Source: Glaucostegus cemiculus
Lineage: Eukaryota
Direction: 5' to 3'
DNA: 64,000 nt
Assembly: GCA_976551045.1 (NCBI GenBank)
Contig: CDPCPM010000114.1
Span: forward strand, 3,844,001 to 3,908,000
The translations under genes and the position numbers were made by a program. Under the pieces are notes generated by a model that searched no databases, was not told where the DNA came from, and saw nothing but the letters and a program-made list of their open reading frames with translations. Positions 11,891-24,281 of this stretch are shown piece by piece (positions within the stretch are counted from its first letter, which is position 1; every line of letters starts with the position of its first letter).

Positions 11891-14800
11891 GTCTTTATTT
11901 ATCACTATGCAACAGACCATCCCTATAATAATTATATATTCAATTCTTTCACTTTTAAGCATCTTATCTGTAAGCAATGACACAGGCAACACATTAGTCA
12001 TATTAATATGACCAGTTAACCGGTTAATTGCAAAATAATTATTTTCATTGTTCCATTATAATTACTGTTTCTGAACAATTATTAAGAGAATTTTATTTCC
12101 AAATAATCTGATTTAGAAAGATTTGCAGTGGTGTAGCAATTTATCTGTCAGGATTATTGCAATGTACTTAACAAATTGTAAACTGCTTTCAAGCTGCTAT
12201 TATAAAAACAAGATTATACAAAAAAACCCAGAATTAGCATTTAAAATTGAACATCCTTAAAATATATTTATTATGCTGTCCAAGCTTTGTAACATTAGTA
12301 GTATTTTATTTTTGAGTGATTCAGTACGTCCTATTCATACTTTGCCCAACGGGATTGTGTTAGCAATGAAATACAAAACTGGAATCCTTTGCATATACTA
12401 TTCATAAACATCTGTAAAGCTTAGGCCAAATTAAGGTTTGTCGATCAAGGGAACGACTTTAATATCACTTCTTTCACAGACAGCCCTTTCCTCTTCTTGC
12501 TATTACAAAAGCCTGAATTGGTTATCAAGCAACAATCCTTTGTTTTATATTTACCATCAGTGAAAAATTACTAATCCAGAAACCTCTCTCAATCCAACAG
12601 CTGCATTGAACATAATGATAATAGCACAGGTATAAGAATATTTATTTTCCCCATTCCCGGACTCTTTTACCACAACATTTCCAAGCACAAGATCTCCGTT
12701 TATAAGTCAACTACTCATAATATGAATTATCTAGTTAATAGTATCAACTATTGTCTTCTCTCAAGAGTAACAACACCTGCTATATACAGGAAATTCGCTG
12801 CTTTGGAATAATGATAATGGTTTACTCTTGGATACACTCACCACACATTGTCTAAAATTGTTACAATACTCTTATCAAATGTTGTTCAAAAGTATGTTCT
12901 GAAAAATATCTTGATTAATCCTTCTTGAATCTAAGAGGAGGGCTTCAAATGTGTTGAAGTCCGAATTAACTCTGCAATTGCTGGAATTTTTTGGGATGTC
13001 TAGAACAATTCCCAAAAATCACTGAGACCTATCTTTATGGTGCCTGCATAGTCCACTTAAAGAGTGACTGAAATGAACATTTCTGAAGCACAAGATACAT
13101 GATAGCATTCATGCCGGTTGAGTGGTTCCACAGAATTGGGCTGTGAATAGTTTTCAATTTCGTGTTAGAAGTAGACAACAGAAGTAGTTAAAACAATGAA
13201 AGTATATACAAGTACATTTTAAAACAATGATCGCCAGATAAAGGAATTTACCACATGTTTACTTATGATGCCCTTATCTAATTTTCAAATTCTACTTGTT
13301 TTAAATACCAATGAGCATTTTCCTCTCTAAGTACCTGTGCAGCGCATTTATATTCTTTTCCCTTGGGAGCAAGATCATGTAGACAAGATTTTTTCCATAT
13401 TACATGATAGCTGATTTTCTTGAGACCCATTAAATTGTGTATTTCACATAAAAATAGCACCGTGCCACACATTAGTATGATGTGCTTAGATTTTGATTTG
13501 GGTGGTATTTGCATTTGCTATCCATTATGTGCGAGTTGTGAAGAAGGAATACTTCCTGCAGTATATGAAATGCTAATGAGGGTCCACAGATGAGCAGCAG
13601 CGTGATTTTTCAGAGGTACTTTTATTGTGTCAGATAATTGGGTGCAGGCTGTGGATCAAGGGCAGAAATGGATAAGAGTTTCTTTGCATTCTGTCCTCTT
13701 TGCTTTATCATTGTGTTTTTTTTTGGTGTCACCCAGTTTTTGCTCTGTTGCTTTTCTTGTGCCTCCCCCAGTTGAATGAATTCTATTCCCACTTCAATAG
13801 GGTAATTCTTCATGACTCTGTTGAAGCTCACAGAATGTACGATTGCCAATTACATACTACCCAGTGCTTAAAAAAAAGCCACAGCACACGCTTGCTGCTT
13901 TCTGACTTTCATTGAAAAGACAACAAACATAAGCTCTCCCAAGCAACCCACCAATGAACTAGTACATGTATCTATCAGCTGGCTGATGTAGACTTCATTT
14001 CCTGTCACTGAAAAGTTCCAGTCACATTTTTAGTACGAAGTATGTCTGTATGGGGAACCATGACCCTGGGACCTGTGAGTGCCTCAGACCTTGACTTACC
14101 AGAGCTTTTCCGGGTTATGCAAACTTTGTGGCTTAAAACTCTCGCTGAGCCAGATGAGCAGAATTCTCAAACATGATGCCACCAGAACAAAGCAACCCAT
14201 TCCCCAAACTTCATTCTTTACGAACAGCAAGGGGATTGGAGTACGTAATTAACCCACATTGAATCATGGTGTTGCAGACTGCACATTTTGCTGGATGCAT
14301 GCTGATTAGATCACCCCATCTAGAACTGGAGCTGGAGCATCTGCATGCCTGCATTTAACAAGGCTGGATACAGCCAAGGTAGCAACTGGGCAGCTGGCTA
14401 TTGCAATGCAGAGGCCCTACCCAACAATGTCTCTACTAGGCTTTCATAGAAGACAAAGCTGGGGGAAGATATTTGCCTTCTTGCGACGTGGTCATTAGTT
14501 TTACCATTTTTAAATGACTAACATTAAAAGACATAAAAACTATTACATTTCAAATAAGAGAGCATGCTTATATAATGAAGTTAACTAAAACAAAAACAGA
14601 AATAATTAAAACATTAAAGTCTTAAAAAGAGCTTACCTTCCCCGTTTCCCCCCAAGAAAGTGTCTGACAAACCTCCTAGAAATCAGTGTGGTTCTGGATC
14701 CTACCCCAGGTCAGAATTGGTACAGCATCGGAGTCTCAGAGTAATGCAAGGGATTGCCACAAGATCTGGCTTTCCAGATGCACATGGGATGCCAAGCACT

Positions 14801-16037
14801 GGGGAAAACTGACAGATTCAGCCCTTGCCGTCAAATATGTCTTCAAGTCTTAAATCACTGCATTTCACATTGCTTCAGTTCCAACAGCTGCAACTCTTCA
14901 CACCTATTACAGCTCCTTCAGTCTATGCTACCTTTTCTTTCAAAAGTGAATTTCTGTGTGCAGTTAACCAACCTTGTTTTCATTGGCTGCCAGTATCAGA
15001 AAGGAACCTGATATGTCATCGATGGCTATTGTATCTAAAGACCGAACCTCAAAAGGTAGACACATTGCATCTGCAAGAAGTGAGAGGTTTTTGAAAATTG
15101 AATTTCCCATCTAAAAGTCACACATCGTGTCGATGTGAAGAAATGTCACTGTTCCTTCTTTGCTGCTGGGTTAAAATCCTGAAAGGTTCCATGTTAGCCT
15201 TCAGCATATGGATTGCAGCAGTTCCCAAACACTGATAAAAATATTAAGTCCACAGGGAACATCGCATGTTGAAGGTAGTTCCTCCCTATTCTTTCTGGGA
15301 GAATTTTAATTATTTCACCAAGTCACACAATATTAACTCAAAGAGAATTACGAGCAATCACATTTTCAGCTGTGCACCATGTATTTTCTATCATCCTCTA
15401 CTCAAGGAATGACTCGTCAGAAGCATTTCTATGAAATTGTACTGTATCTCCCCACTCTGTCAATCAGGATTTGAGCTTAATATTGTTTATTATAACTCAC
15501 AAAATAATATATTTATCCAGTGAGCATTTCAAGGTTGTCAACTTTTCAAAAATTAACTCCAAACTCTGTGGGTTAGAAGATTTGTTCTGATTGCAAGAAC
15601 GATTTCACTCTCAGATATCACTAGTAGGTCCTTTTAATCTCAACTAATCAACATTTTCAGACTAAATTTTGATACTTGCATTGATTTCCTAACTCTAGAA
15701 GTGAGTTCACATCAACTTGCAAAAATTATTATAATCAAACTCCACCATATCCCCATCATCACAGCTCCTGATGAAACCCAGCAGAAATGCAATATAACAC
15801 AGATATTCTCACTTCTTGCCAGCAGTCTACTCACAGCTCCAGATCAGCTACTGAGCAAGGAACTTTTCCCTCACAGTTGGTTCAAACACTGAAGCTGTGA
15901 AGCTTTAACACATTGGACCACAAGTAGGTCCAGAGACTTGCAAGGTTTCAAACTTTTTGTTCATAATCTGTGAAACTCATTAACATAAATATTTTGCGAA
16001 TGGAATAGTCAATATCGGGATTAACTGTCCTCCTGAG

Positions 16038-16600
16038 GTTTGCACCATAGAAAGCATTCTACCTGGATGCATTATGGCTTGGTATGGCAACTGCGTTGTC
16101 CTGAACCACAGGAAACTGCAAAGAGTTCGAGACACATCCCAGCACATCAAGCAATCTACCCTCCATGGACTGTCTATACTGCTTGCTGCCTTGGTGAAGC
16201 AGCCAGCATAATCAAAGACCCCACCCACCCAGGATATTCTCTCTTCTTCCCTCTCCCATTAGGCAGAAGATACAGGAACCTGAGGGCACATACCACCAGG
16301 CTCATGTACAGCTTCTATCCTGTTGTTATAAGACTTTTGAATGGTTTCCTTATGAGATGGACTCTTGACCTCACAATCTACTTTGTTATGATATTGCACC
16401 TTATTGTCTACCTGCACTGCACTTCCTCTGCAGCTGTGACACTTTACTCTGTATTCTGTTATTGTTTTTACCCTGTACTACATTAATGCATTTTGCATTG
16501 CCTCAATGCACTGTGTAAAGGATTGATCTGTATGAATGGTATGCAAGACAAGTTTTTCATTGTACCTCGGTACAAGTGATAATAATAAGCCAACACCAAT
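16038..16600 (+). mobile_element. Rex1/Babar subfamily A 3' fragment
   Basis: IIKDPTHPGYSLFFPLPLGRRYRNLRAHTTRL and the same 3'UTR as the copy at 3.3-4.3 kb. Confidence 0.9.
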
Positions 16601-17854
16601 ATCATTTTAACTTGAAACCAGGGAAGTAACCTGTTGGATGAACAATATATGGTCTGATTGCCAACTGCTTTGATTTTTGTTTCTCTGGACCAGTCATGCT
16701 CAGTATCACTTGTAATGGTTACTAAACTCAAACGGCAACAGTGTCAGCATTGGATTTATCATTCAAATATTAATTTGCACAACTGAAAATAAGTGCTAAA
16801 TAAAAACACTGCCCGTAAACAGCCAGATTGTTAATTTTGTCTTTCCAGATGAAAGAACAGCCAGGCAGTTACAATCCATTTTCTTTAATTTCAGTTTGTC
16901 AGTGTTTGTTATGTTTTAATCTCCACTCATTATTACTTTGAATTTACTCTAACACATCATTCTATACTATATTTAAAGGTTTCAGATGCTTTTTTTTCCT
17001 GTTTCTTGTAAAAGTGGGACGCCCATTTGAAATAAATCTGCCTTCTGAAAACCTCCAACAACTGGGGCTCTTTTGTTAGACAGTCATGAACTAGGCCTGG
17101 AGATTGACATGCCTATACGATATACATAAATAGCTTTAGATACTGGATACGTAGATTGTATTATTGTTTCTGAATCAATAATGTTGACATCCTGACTGCT
17201 TTGAAATGGGAAATCTCAGTTTAATAGTTGCTACATGGGAAAAATTCCTACCTTGCTGTAAAATTTACACAGACAACTGGAGATAAAAGTCTAACTTTCG
17301 CTCAATCATAGCTCTCAAACACATGGAACAATTCACTTTAAGTAAACATAAAGTAAGCTCTTTTAATACCAAGTTAACTTGTCCAGTCAATCTCCTGTAA
17401 AAAAAACAAACTATGCAAAAGCAGCGAGCTATGTTAAAACTAATTCCTTGTCCGAGGTAGAAACCTCGTTCCATATTTAGAGTTGTACAGTGCAGAAGTA
17501 GGACCTTTGGCCACCATGTCCCTACCACCCATTGTACCCAGCTGCATGAATCCCATTTAATTGAGTCACAGAGAGAGTATCAAAGCAGTTCGTCTCTGTG
17601 CTAGATAATGAGAACTGCAAGGAAATAGACTTTAATAAAACAGTCAAATGAGGTTGTGGGGGAAGGGAGTTTCCTACAACTACCTGATGGGTTAATCATT
17701 TTTTCTGACACCTATTGCATGTCTCAATAAGGGGAGAAATCTTCAAGCATTATATTCCAGATGAAGAACCCACCCCACCAACACAATATTTTGGAAAATT
17801 GCAGCACATTGGCTGGCAACCTTATTGCCAACTGAGTAAATGGAAAAAGAAAAT

Positions 17855-18180
17855 AATTTGGATGCTGGAAAACTGAAAAGTAAGGCAGAAAATGTTGGAA
17901 ATACTCAGCAGGTCAGGTGGCATCTGCAAATTAATATTTCAGAGAAACATAAACAGGCAATTTAGGAGCAGGAGGAGGACTCTCAGCCCTTTAAGCCTTT
18001 ACTACTGTTGAATAAGATCATGGCTGTTCTGATTGTAAGCTCAAGTCTACATTCCCTTCTACCTTCAGTAACCTTTCAGCTCTTTGATCATCAAGAATCT
18101 ATCCACCTCCTCCTTAACAATATTCAAAGACTCTGCTTCCCCCAGCCTTTGTGGAAGAGAGCTCCAGAGACTTAGGATCA
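17855..18180 (-). mobile_element. Penelope-type terminal fragment followed by a CR1 3' end
   Basis: gcagaaaatgttggaaatactcagcaggtcaggtggcatctg is the reverse complement of the pLTR motif at about 10700. It is followed by taggagcaggaggag...aagatcatggctg, as in CR1 tails. Confidence 0.65.
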
Positions 18181-18649
18181 ACCAAGACATTAAAGGTGAT
18201 GACCTTTGTTTTTAAAACATTTCTAACAAGTATAGAAAGAGAAATGTGGTTAAAAAGAAGCAAGTGATAGAATGGAAGGTAGGAGTGATTAAATGGCAAG
18301 ATAGTGGTAAGCAAAAGGGAACATAATGGGATAAGTATAGAAACAAATATTGGTATAGAGGTACTGAAGATGACAAAATCCCATACACTATCAATACTCC
18401 TGTCGAAGCAGGTTGCTATCTCCTGTACGGTGTCAACCTTCTAGAGACTGTTATTAAAGCAGCACTCATCCAGGCAAGTGGACGGTATTCATCACACTCC
18501 TGACTTGTAGATGGTGGACAGGCTTTGAAGTGTTGGGAGGTGAGTTACTCACCAGAGGATTCATAGCTTCTGACCTGCTCTTGTAGCCACATACTATATA
18601 TGGCTACTCCAGTTCAGTTTCTGGTCAATGGTAACTCCCCAGGGTATTG

Positions 18650-20607
18650 TGTTACAAACCCAGCAACAAAAGAAGCACACCAAGTCATACTTCAGTGTTA
18701 AAACTACTTTATTAATAACTACATCCAGTAATATGTAAAATAAGAACAAAAAGTTAGTATATTAGTACAAAACAAAATATTAGAATCTTAAACTGTAACC
18801 CCAAAGCTATTTGTCATGTGTGTGTGGCAAATTCCTAAACTCCAAGTCCAGGAAATAGTTCTTAAAGTTTAGTTCAGTAAGCCGTAAGATGAGACACGAA
18901 TAAAGGCTTCTCCACAAACACTGTCCACCGAAGACAAAACATAGATATAGAGAGAGCTTAGAGCACCATCACACTGAGCACTGGCTCCCCACAGGGCTGT
19001 GTGCTCAGTCCGCTCCTGTTCACCTTGTTGACTCACGACTGTGAGGTCAGATCCAGCTCCAACCGCATTGTCAAATTTGCCGATGACACGACAGTGGTGG
19101 GTCTTGTCACGGGTGACAATGAGTCGGACTACAGAGAGGAGGTGAAACAACTAGCCGTGTGGTGCTATGACAACAACCTCTCCTTGAATGTGGATAAAAC
19201 CAAGGAGATGATAGTGGATTTTAGGAGGGGTCACCGTGTGCACGCCCCGCTGACCATCAACGGGTCTGCTGTGGAACAAATACGCAGCACCAAGTTCCTG
19301 GGGGTGCACATCACCGACGACCTGACCTGGTCCACTAACATTACGGCCCTCACGAAGAAAGCTCAGAAACGCCTCTACTTCCTGCGGAGACTGAGGAAAG
19401 CGAACTCTCATCCCTCCGTCATGAAAACCTTCTATAGAGGGACCATTGAGAGCATCCTAACCCCTGTGTATCACTGTTTGGTTTGGAAGCTGCTCAGCTG
19501 CTGGGCGGAAGTCCCTCCAGAGGATAGTTAGGGCTGTGGAGAGGATCATAGGTGTCTCGCTTCCATCCCTCGCAGACATATACAAAGACCGTTGTGTGAG
19601 GAAGACCAAAAGCATAATGGCCGACCCTTCTCACCCCTCCCATCACCTCTTTACAATTTTGCCATCAGGGAGGAGGCTTAAATGTATCAGGGCAAGAATG
19701 ACCAGGCTGAACAATAGCTTCTTTCCGCAAGCCATCAGAACTGCAAACTCTCTCATCCCTCCATCTTCCTTGTTAACACTAAGAGATGCTAGGTGCACAG
19801 AAATGCACCAGCACTTTAAATGCCCGACACCAGCCCGTTCACTTTAATAACTATTTATTTATTTACCGGCCATTTTTAATTTAATCTGTATATTAATTTA
19901 ATTTTAACTTCCGTAGTTTTTAATGTTTAATGTTTGTTAATGTTTATTCTGTTAAGTGTGTCTGTGTGTCTCTGTTGGTTGTTATTTAATGGGACGAGCA
20001 CCTGAGGAGGACGGTATCTCGCTCCTTTGCATACTATGTATGTATATGGTTGTGACAATAAAAACTGATTCTGGGGGATTCTAGAGAGGAATCACGAGTC
20101 TGAATGTTCCACTTAGAACTCGAACGACACTTCAGGGCTTACTCGGTTGTGACTTTCTCACCCCGAAAACTCCTTGATCGTGACTGTCCACGCAAATACC
20201 TGTGTTCTTCTACAGGTTAGCAGCAAAGTGAATTCCGTCACTTTGTTCCACAGTATCTGCCACTCTGAAGAGCATCCAAAATGTGGTCATCCATGCAAAC
20301 ACCTGTGTTCTTCTACAGGTTACCAACAAAGTGGACTCCACTGGACTACTCTAGAAATCCATCCGTGGACTGTAGTGACAAACACAGTTACTGTCCTTCA
20401 TCCATCAACAGAAACAAAACAGGCTGACTGCCTCCCTTCTGTCTCTCTCTGTCTGTCTGTCTCTCTCTTTCTCTTTTTTTTCCTCGTAATGACCTCATCA
20501 CATTTGTCTTATCTTCTGTTGACATAATACGTTCTTATAGGCGCGCACACACACACAAAATGTCCATCTTAAAGGGACATTTGCCGGTAGTAAGTTACTT
20601 CGTAACA
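18650..20607 (-). mobile_element. Solo LTR with 4-bp TSD, containing a Rex1 insertion
   Basis: Ends TGTTAC and GTAACA. ATTG is duplicated at 18646-18649 and 20608-20611. A minus-strand aataaa lies near 18710. Confidence 0.8.
18960..20072 (+). mobile_element. Rex1/Babar LINE (subfamily B), young, 5'-truncated
   Basis: STGSPQGCVLSPLLFTLLTHDC and KFADDTTVVGL in and just upstream of ORF 19001-19531, then ORF 19536-19847 after a frameshift. CpG-rich, ending aataaaaactgattctg. Confidence 0.95.
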
Positions 20608-20899
20608 ATTGATATTGGGGGATTCAATGATGGAAATGCCATTAAATGTCAGTGGGTTATAGCTGGATTTTCTCTTGTTGGATATTGTAATTGCCTGGCA
20701 CTTGTGTAGTGTGAATGTTACTTGCCACCTCTCAGCCCAGACCTGGAAATTGTCCAGGTCTTTCTGCATTTGGATGTGGACTGCTTCATTATCTGAGGAA
20801 GCACAAGTGGTGTGGAATATTGTGAAATCATCAGGAGACATCCTTACTTCTGACCTTATGTTTAAAGGAATGTCACTGGTGAAACAGCTAAAGATGCCA

Positions 20900-21118
20900 G
20901 CTCCAGAGAGTGGTTAGTGCATGGAATGCGCTGCCTGGGGTGGTGGTAGAGGCAGATACGTTGGACAGGTCCAAGAGATTGTTAGATAGGCACATGGAGG
21001 AATGTGGAATAGAGGGATATGTGGGAGGAAAGTGTTAGATCGTGAGGTTTGATGGACGGCACAACTTGGTAGGCCGAAGGGCCTGTTTTGTGCTGTATTG
21101 TTCTATGGTTCTATGGTT
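20900..21118 (+). mobile_element. CR1 3' end with a ttctatgg-type repeat tail
   Basis: cagagagtggttagtgcatggaatgcgctgcc...ggccgaagggcctg...ttctatggttctatgg. Confidence 0.85.
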
Positions 21119-23059
21119 GGGCCTAGGACAATATGTTGAGGAACTCGTGCAGAGATATCCCATGGCTGAAAGGTGAAAAACGAGAGTTAAAACAGGAAGA
21201 AAAAAAAAGTGTCAGGGGACTCAAACAGGCTGGCTCCACCATAGCAGTTCCCTGTGAACATTGGGATGGAGATTGAACTGCCAGTGTACATTTGGGAGAT
21301 TGTGAGGTTGGAGACCATGGAGGCCTATTCTGATTTTCTGGTATATATACACTTCCATGAGGTGATCTTGCCTGTTGGCAATACAAATTTGAAATGTTCC
21401 TTTTATTTTTGAACATCACTTCAGCTCAAATTAATATATGCTCAGCCAATATATGCATTCATGCATTTAAAACACAAAATCACTAAGTTGCAAAGCCACT
21501 CTGAATTGGAATGATGAGTTTTCAAGATTGTAAGGCTCATTCATTTTCTCAACTGATGACAGCTTATTACTCATTTGGAATTGATTTCCTATCTACAATT
21601 TGGGGAACTTTTGGAATCAGTTTACTCTGAAACCACAGGTGCTGCAACTCCTGTGACCAGTACAATACAACACACGTGACACAATTGGTACTCCAAGCTA
21701 TCACACGATATGCCCTACCCACCTATGGGTGGTAGGTGAATGCAGCACAGACAAGTTGTGCTGTGCAAGCTGACCAGACACGTAGCTCTTGGAACCTCGG
21801 AAACAACAAAGCTTTTGAGTTACTTCCAGGATGCTTGGAAGGAGAAAGTACAATGACTTTAGCATGAATCATTCAGGATGTTGATCTATTTTAACAGGAT
21901 CCATTCTGTACTATTTGTCCCTTCCAAGTTCATTCCCCGCGCCCCTTCCCCCCCTACCCCACTCTCTTCCTTCCCAACATGTCTTGCTGCAGGAAGCAGA
22001 GGCAACAAATCCAACAATTGCCTTCAACAACATTCCTGTATTGTGTCATTACAAATGAGAAATACAGCAATAACAGGTAAAGGGTGACAGATTGCTGTAA
22101 TACGCAGTTCATGTCTAAGCCATTGGAATGCATAAACCCAGGCACGGTGGACTACTTGGCTCACTACAACTGTGTGTGGAGTTTCCCCAGAGGAATTACT
22201 GTAGGAACTGATATTTCTCAGTTGATCAATGCAGTCATAAGACAGAATTTGCATCATGATTACATTACATGTATTGCAAACTAAGGCTACCTTACAAAAA
22301 TATAATTATTCAGTATTTCCTTGTGATCAAGATGGCTATTCCTGTTACCTTAATAGTCCAATTTTTTCTTTAAATATATCTGTACATATCAGATAAATGC
22401 ATCTTTAAGTATCAAATAAAGACAATTTACCTTACTTTATTATAGAATAATAAAGTGAGTTAAGTATTCACCTACATATGAATTCAGGATTTTTTGATTT
22501 TCTTTTGACAAAAAGAAACCTGCATGATCTCCCATTTATTTCAAAAAGACAGCAATGTCATTTTTATTTGTGTATAATTCTGTATGCCACACAGTCATAA
22601 TACACTCTCTGCAGGTGAATATTCCAATTTCCACCTTTCCAGATCCTAATCTGTAAATATTTCATCTAAACAGCTCCGTTTTGCACCTCACAATTCATTA
22701 AATATGCAAATTTAACCTATGAATTTCTAATTAAGATTGTTGAATAATTTTGTTCTGTAAATCAAACTAATTTTTTAAGTTGATGCTAGTAATATTACAC
22801 CAGTTTGTTAGTGTTATCTACTACAAACTTAATAAAGACCTTCTGCTTTTGAAGTCTGTTACTTTTATTCATATCAAACATAACCAAATGGAAAATTTTC
22901 AGGATATTCACTGGAGTCCATGCCAAAGTGACATGAATGGACAAGCAGATACAGAAAGTCAGGGGAACTGGGATTTCTCCTTGGCTTGATTATTCAGTCT
23001 GTCCCAGAAAATATCCGAGGACCTATCAGGATGTATTAAATGGAAAAATCAATAAACAG

Positions 23060-23222
23060 TTGGTGCTGTAAATGTAAAATAAAAAGAAACCAGAAAATGC
23101 AGAAAACTCATTTGATCAGGCAGCAGCTATAGAAAGTGAAACAGTGTTAATGTTTCAGGTGAAAGACTCATCATCAGAACTGATGACCTGCTGAATGTTC
23201 GCAGCATTTCTGGTTTCTATTT
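23060..23222. mobile_element. Penelope-derived inverted terminal fragment
   Basis: agaaaccagaaa (23085-23096) pairs with tttctggtttct (23207-23218). Central tcatcag-aa-ctgatga. Arms resemble the pLTR motif at about 10700. Confidence 0.7.
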
Positions 23223-24188
23223 TAAAATGATATAGGACCAGTGAGAGCTTCCATCTCTTCCACACTAAATATCAGTTCAGAAAGCAATTGGTACTCAGAG
23301 GTTGGTAAGTGGGACCTAGGGCAGTGGCTCAGGAGGCATTATCCTGTTCTGTATTGAGAACTCAAGCAGAATAGATCACAAAATGATTTGAAAAATCTTA
23401 AATAAATGGATGTAAAATCTTGCATTACCAACCTTTGACTGTGACTATATAACTATTTCAGTGGTAGTTGGATTTTTTTTATTAGTATTGCAAAATAGAA
23501 TTTTACAACTTGCAACAGTGTAAGGACTATTTCTACTATAAAGTTCATTCACTGTGTAGTTTTTAACTCTCAGATTTTTCAACCTAACACCACCATTTAT
23601 AGGGGGTCCACAGGTATAAAATAAAGTGGAGCCTGTATTTTGCAGAATAATGCTAAGCCTTTCAGTGCTCACTTTTATTAAAAATGTATACAGGATAGCA
23701 ACCTTCTACATCTGCTCATGCACAGTTAAAAACAGAAATCATAAAATTGTTGTCCAAGCTGACCAGCACATCATAAGCATCACCAAATTTCTCAATAGGG
23801 AAACATACTGAGAGTGTGAAGTTGGGTTACTTAGCAACTATATTCCAACAAACCTGCTTGAAAATTAAGACTTATTCATTCAAGTGTTGATGAAAGTTTT
23901 AATGGTGTGATTAACTTAATTACTCTGAAGAAATCTCTCTGTCACTGAAAATGTATGAAACTATATGGTCTCATTTCAAGATATTTTAGAAAAAGATTTT
24001 TCAAACAGAAGCCTGTTTGTGCCTCTTCTATCAGTCACTCTTAAACATAAAATCCTTTTCCTCACACTTTCTGCACATGATTTGGCATTGAATTAAATAT
24101 TCTGACAAACCACTTTCAGGTCTGGCATCTGTACAACTCACTAACAATTCTTTCTTCTGATTATTTAAGACAACGCAGAGTTACTTAC

Positions 24189-24281
24189 TCTGTTCAGAGG
24201 TCCCACGTTGACTGTAGAGGGCTCTACGATGTTTTTGTTCTTGAATTGCAACAAACTCTGATGCAGAAGTTCTGAGAGTGT
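24189..24281 (-). other. Candidate 93-nt exon
   Basis: attatttcatAG acceptor and AGA|gtaagt donor, length divisible by 3, two open frames (TLSELLHQSLLQFKNKNIVEPSTVNVGPLNR or TLRTSASEFVAIQEQKHRRALYSQRGTSEQ). Confidence 0.35.

Larger units (their letters stand above)
18390..21165 (-). mobile_element. CR1/L2-group LINE RT fragment hosting three later insertions
   Basis: ORF 20569-20841 (DD..F...MQKDLDNFQVWAERWQVTF..HKCQAITISNKR) is an RT C-terminal region. The sequence appears continuous across the LTR insertion at 18649/20608. Confidence 0.8.

Noticed and set aside
21711-21735. Short hairpin cctacccacc-tat-gggtggtagg, and the 12-bp palindrome at 12016-12027
   Set aside because: Isolated short inverted repeats of this size can arise by chance in 64 kb.
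22084-22284. Protein-like 66-aa ORF
   Set aside because: There is an in-frame stop just upstream, no convincing splice sites and no recognisable motif.
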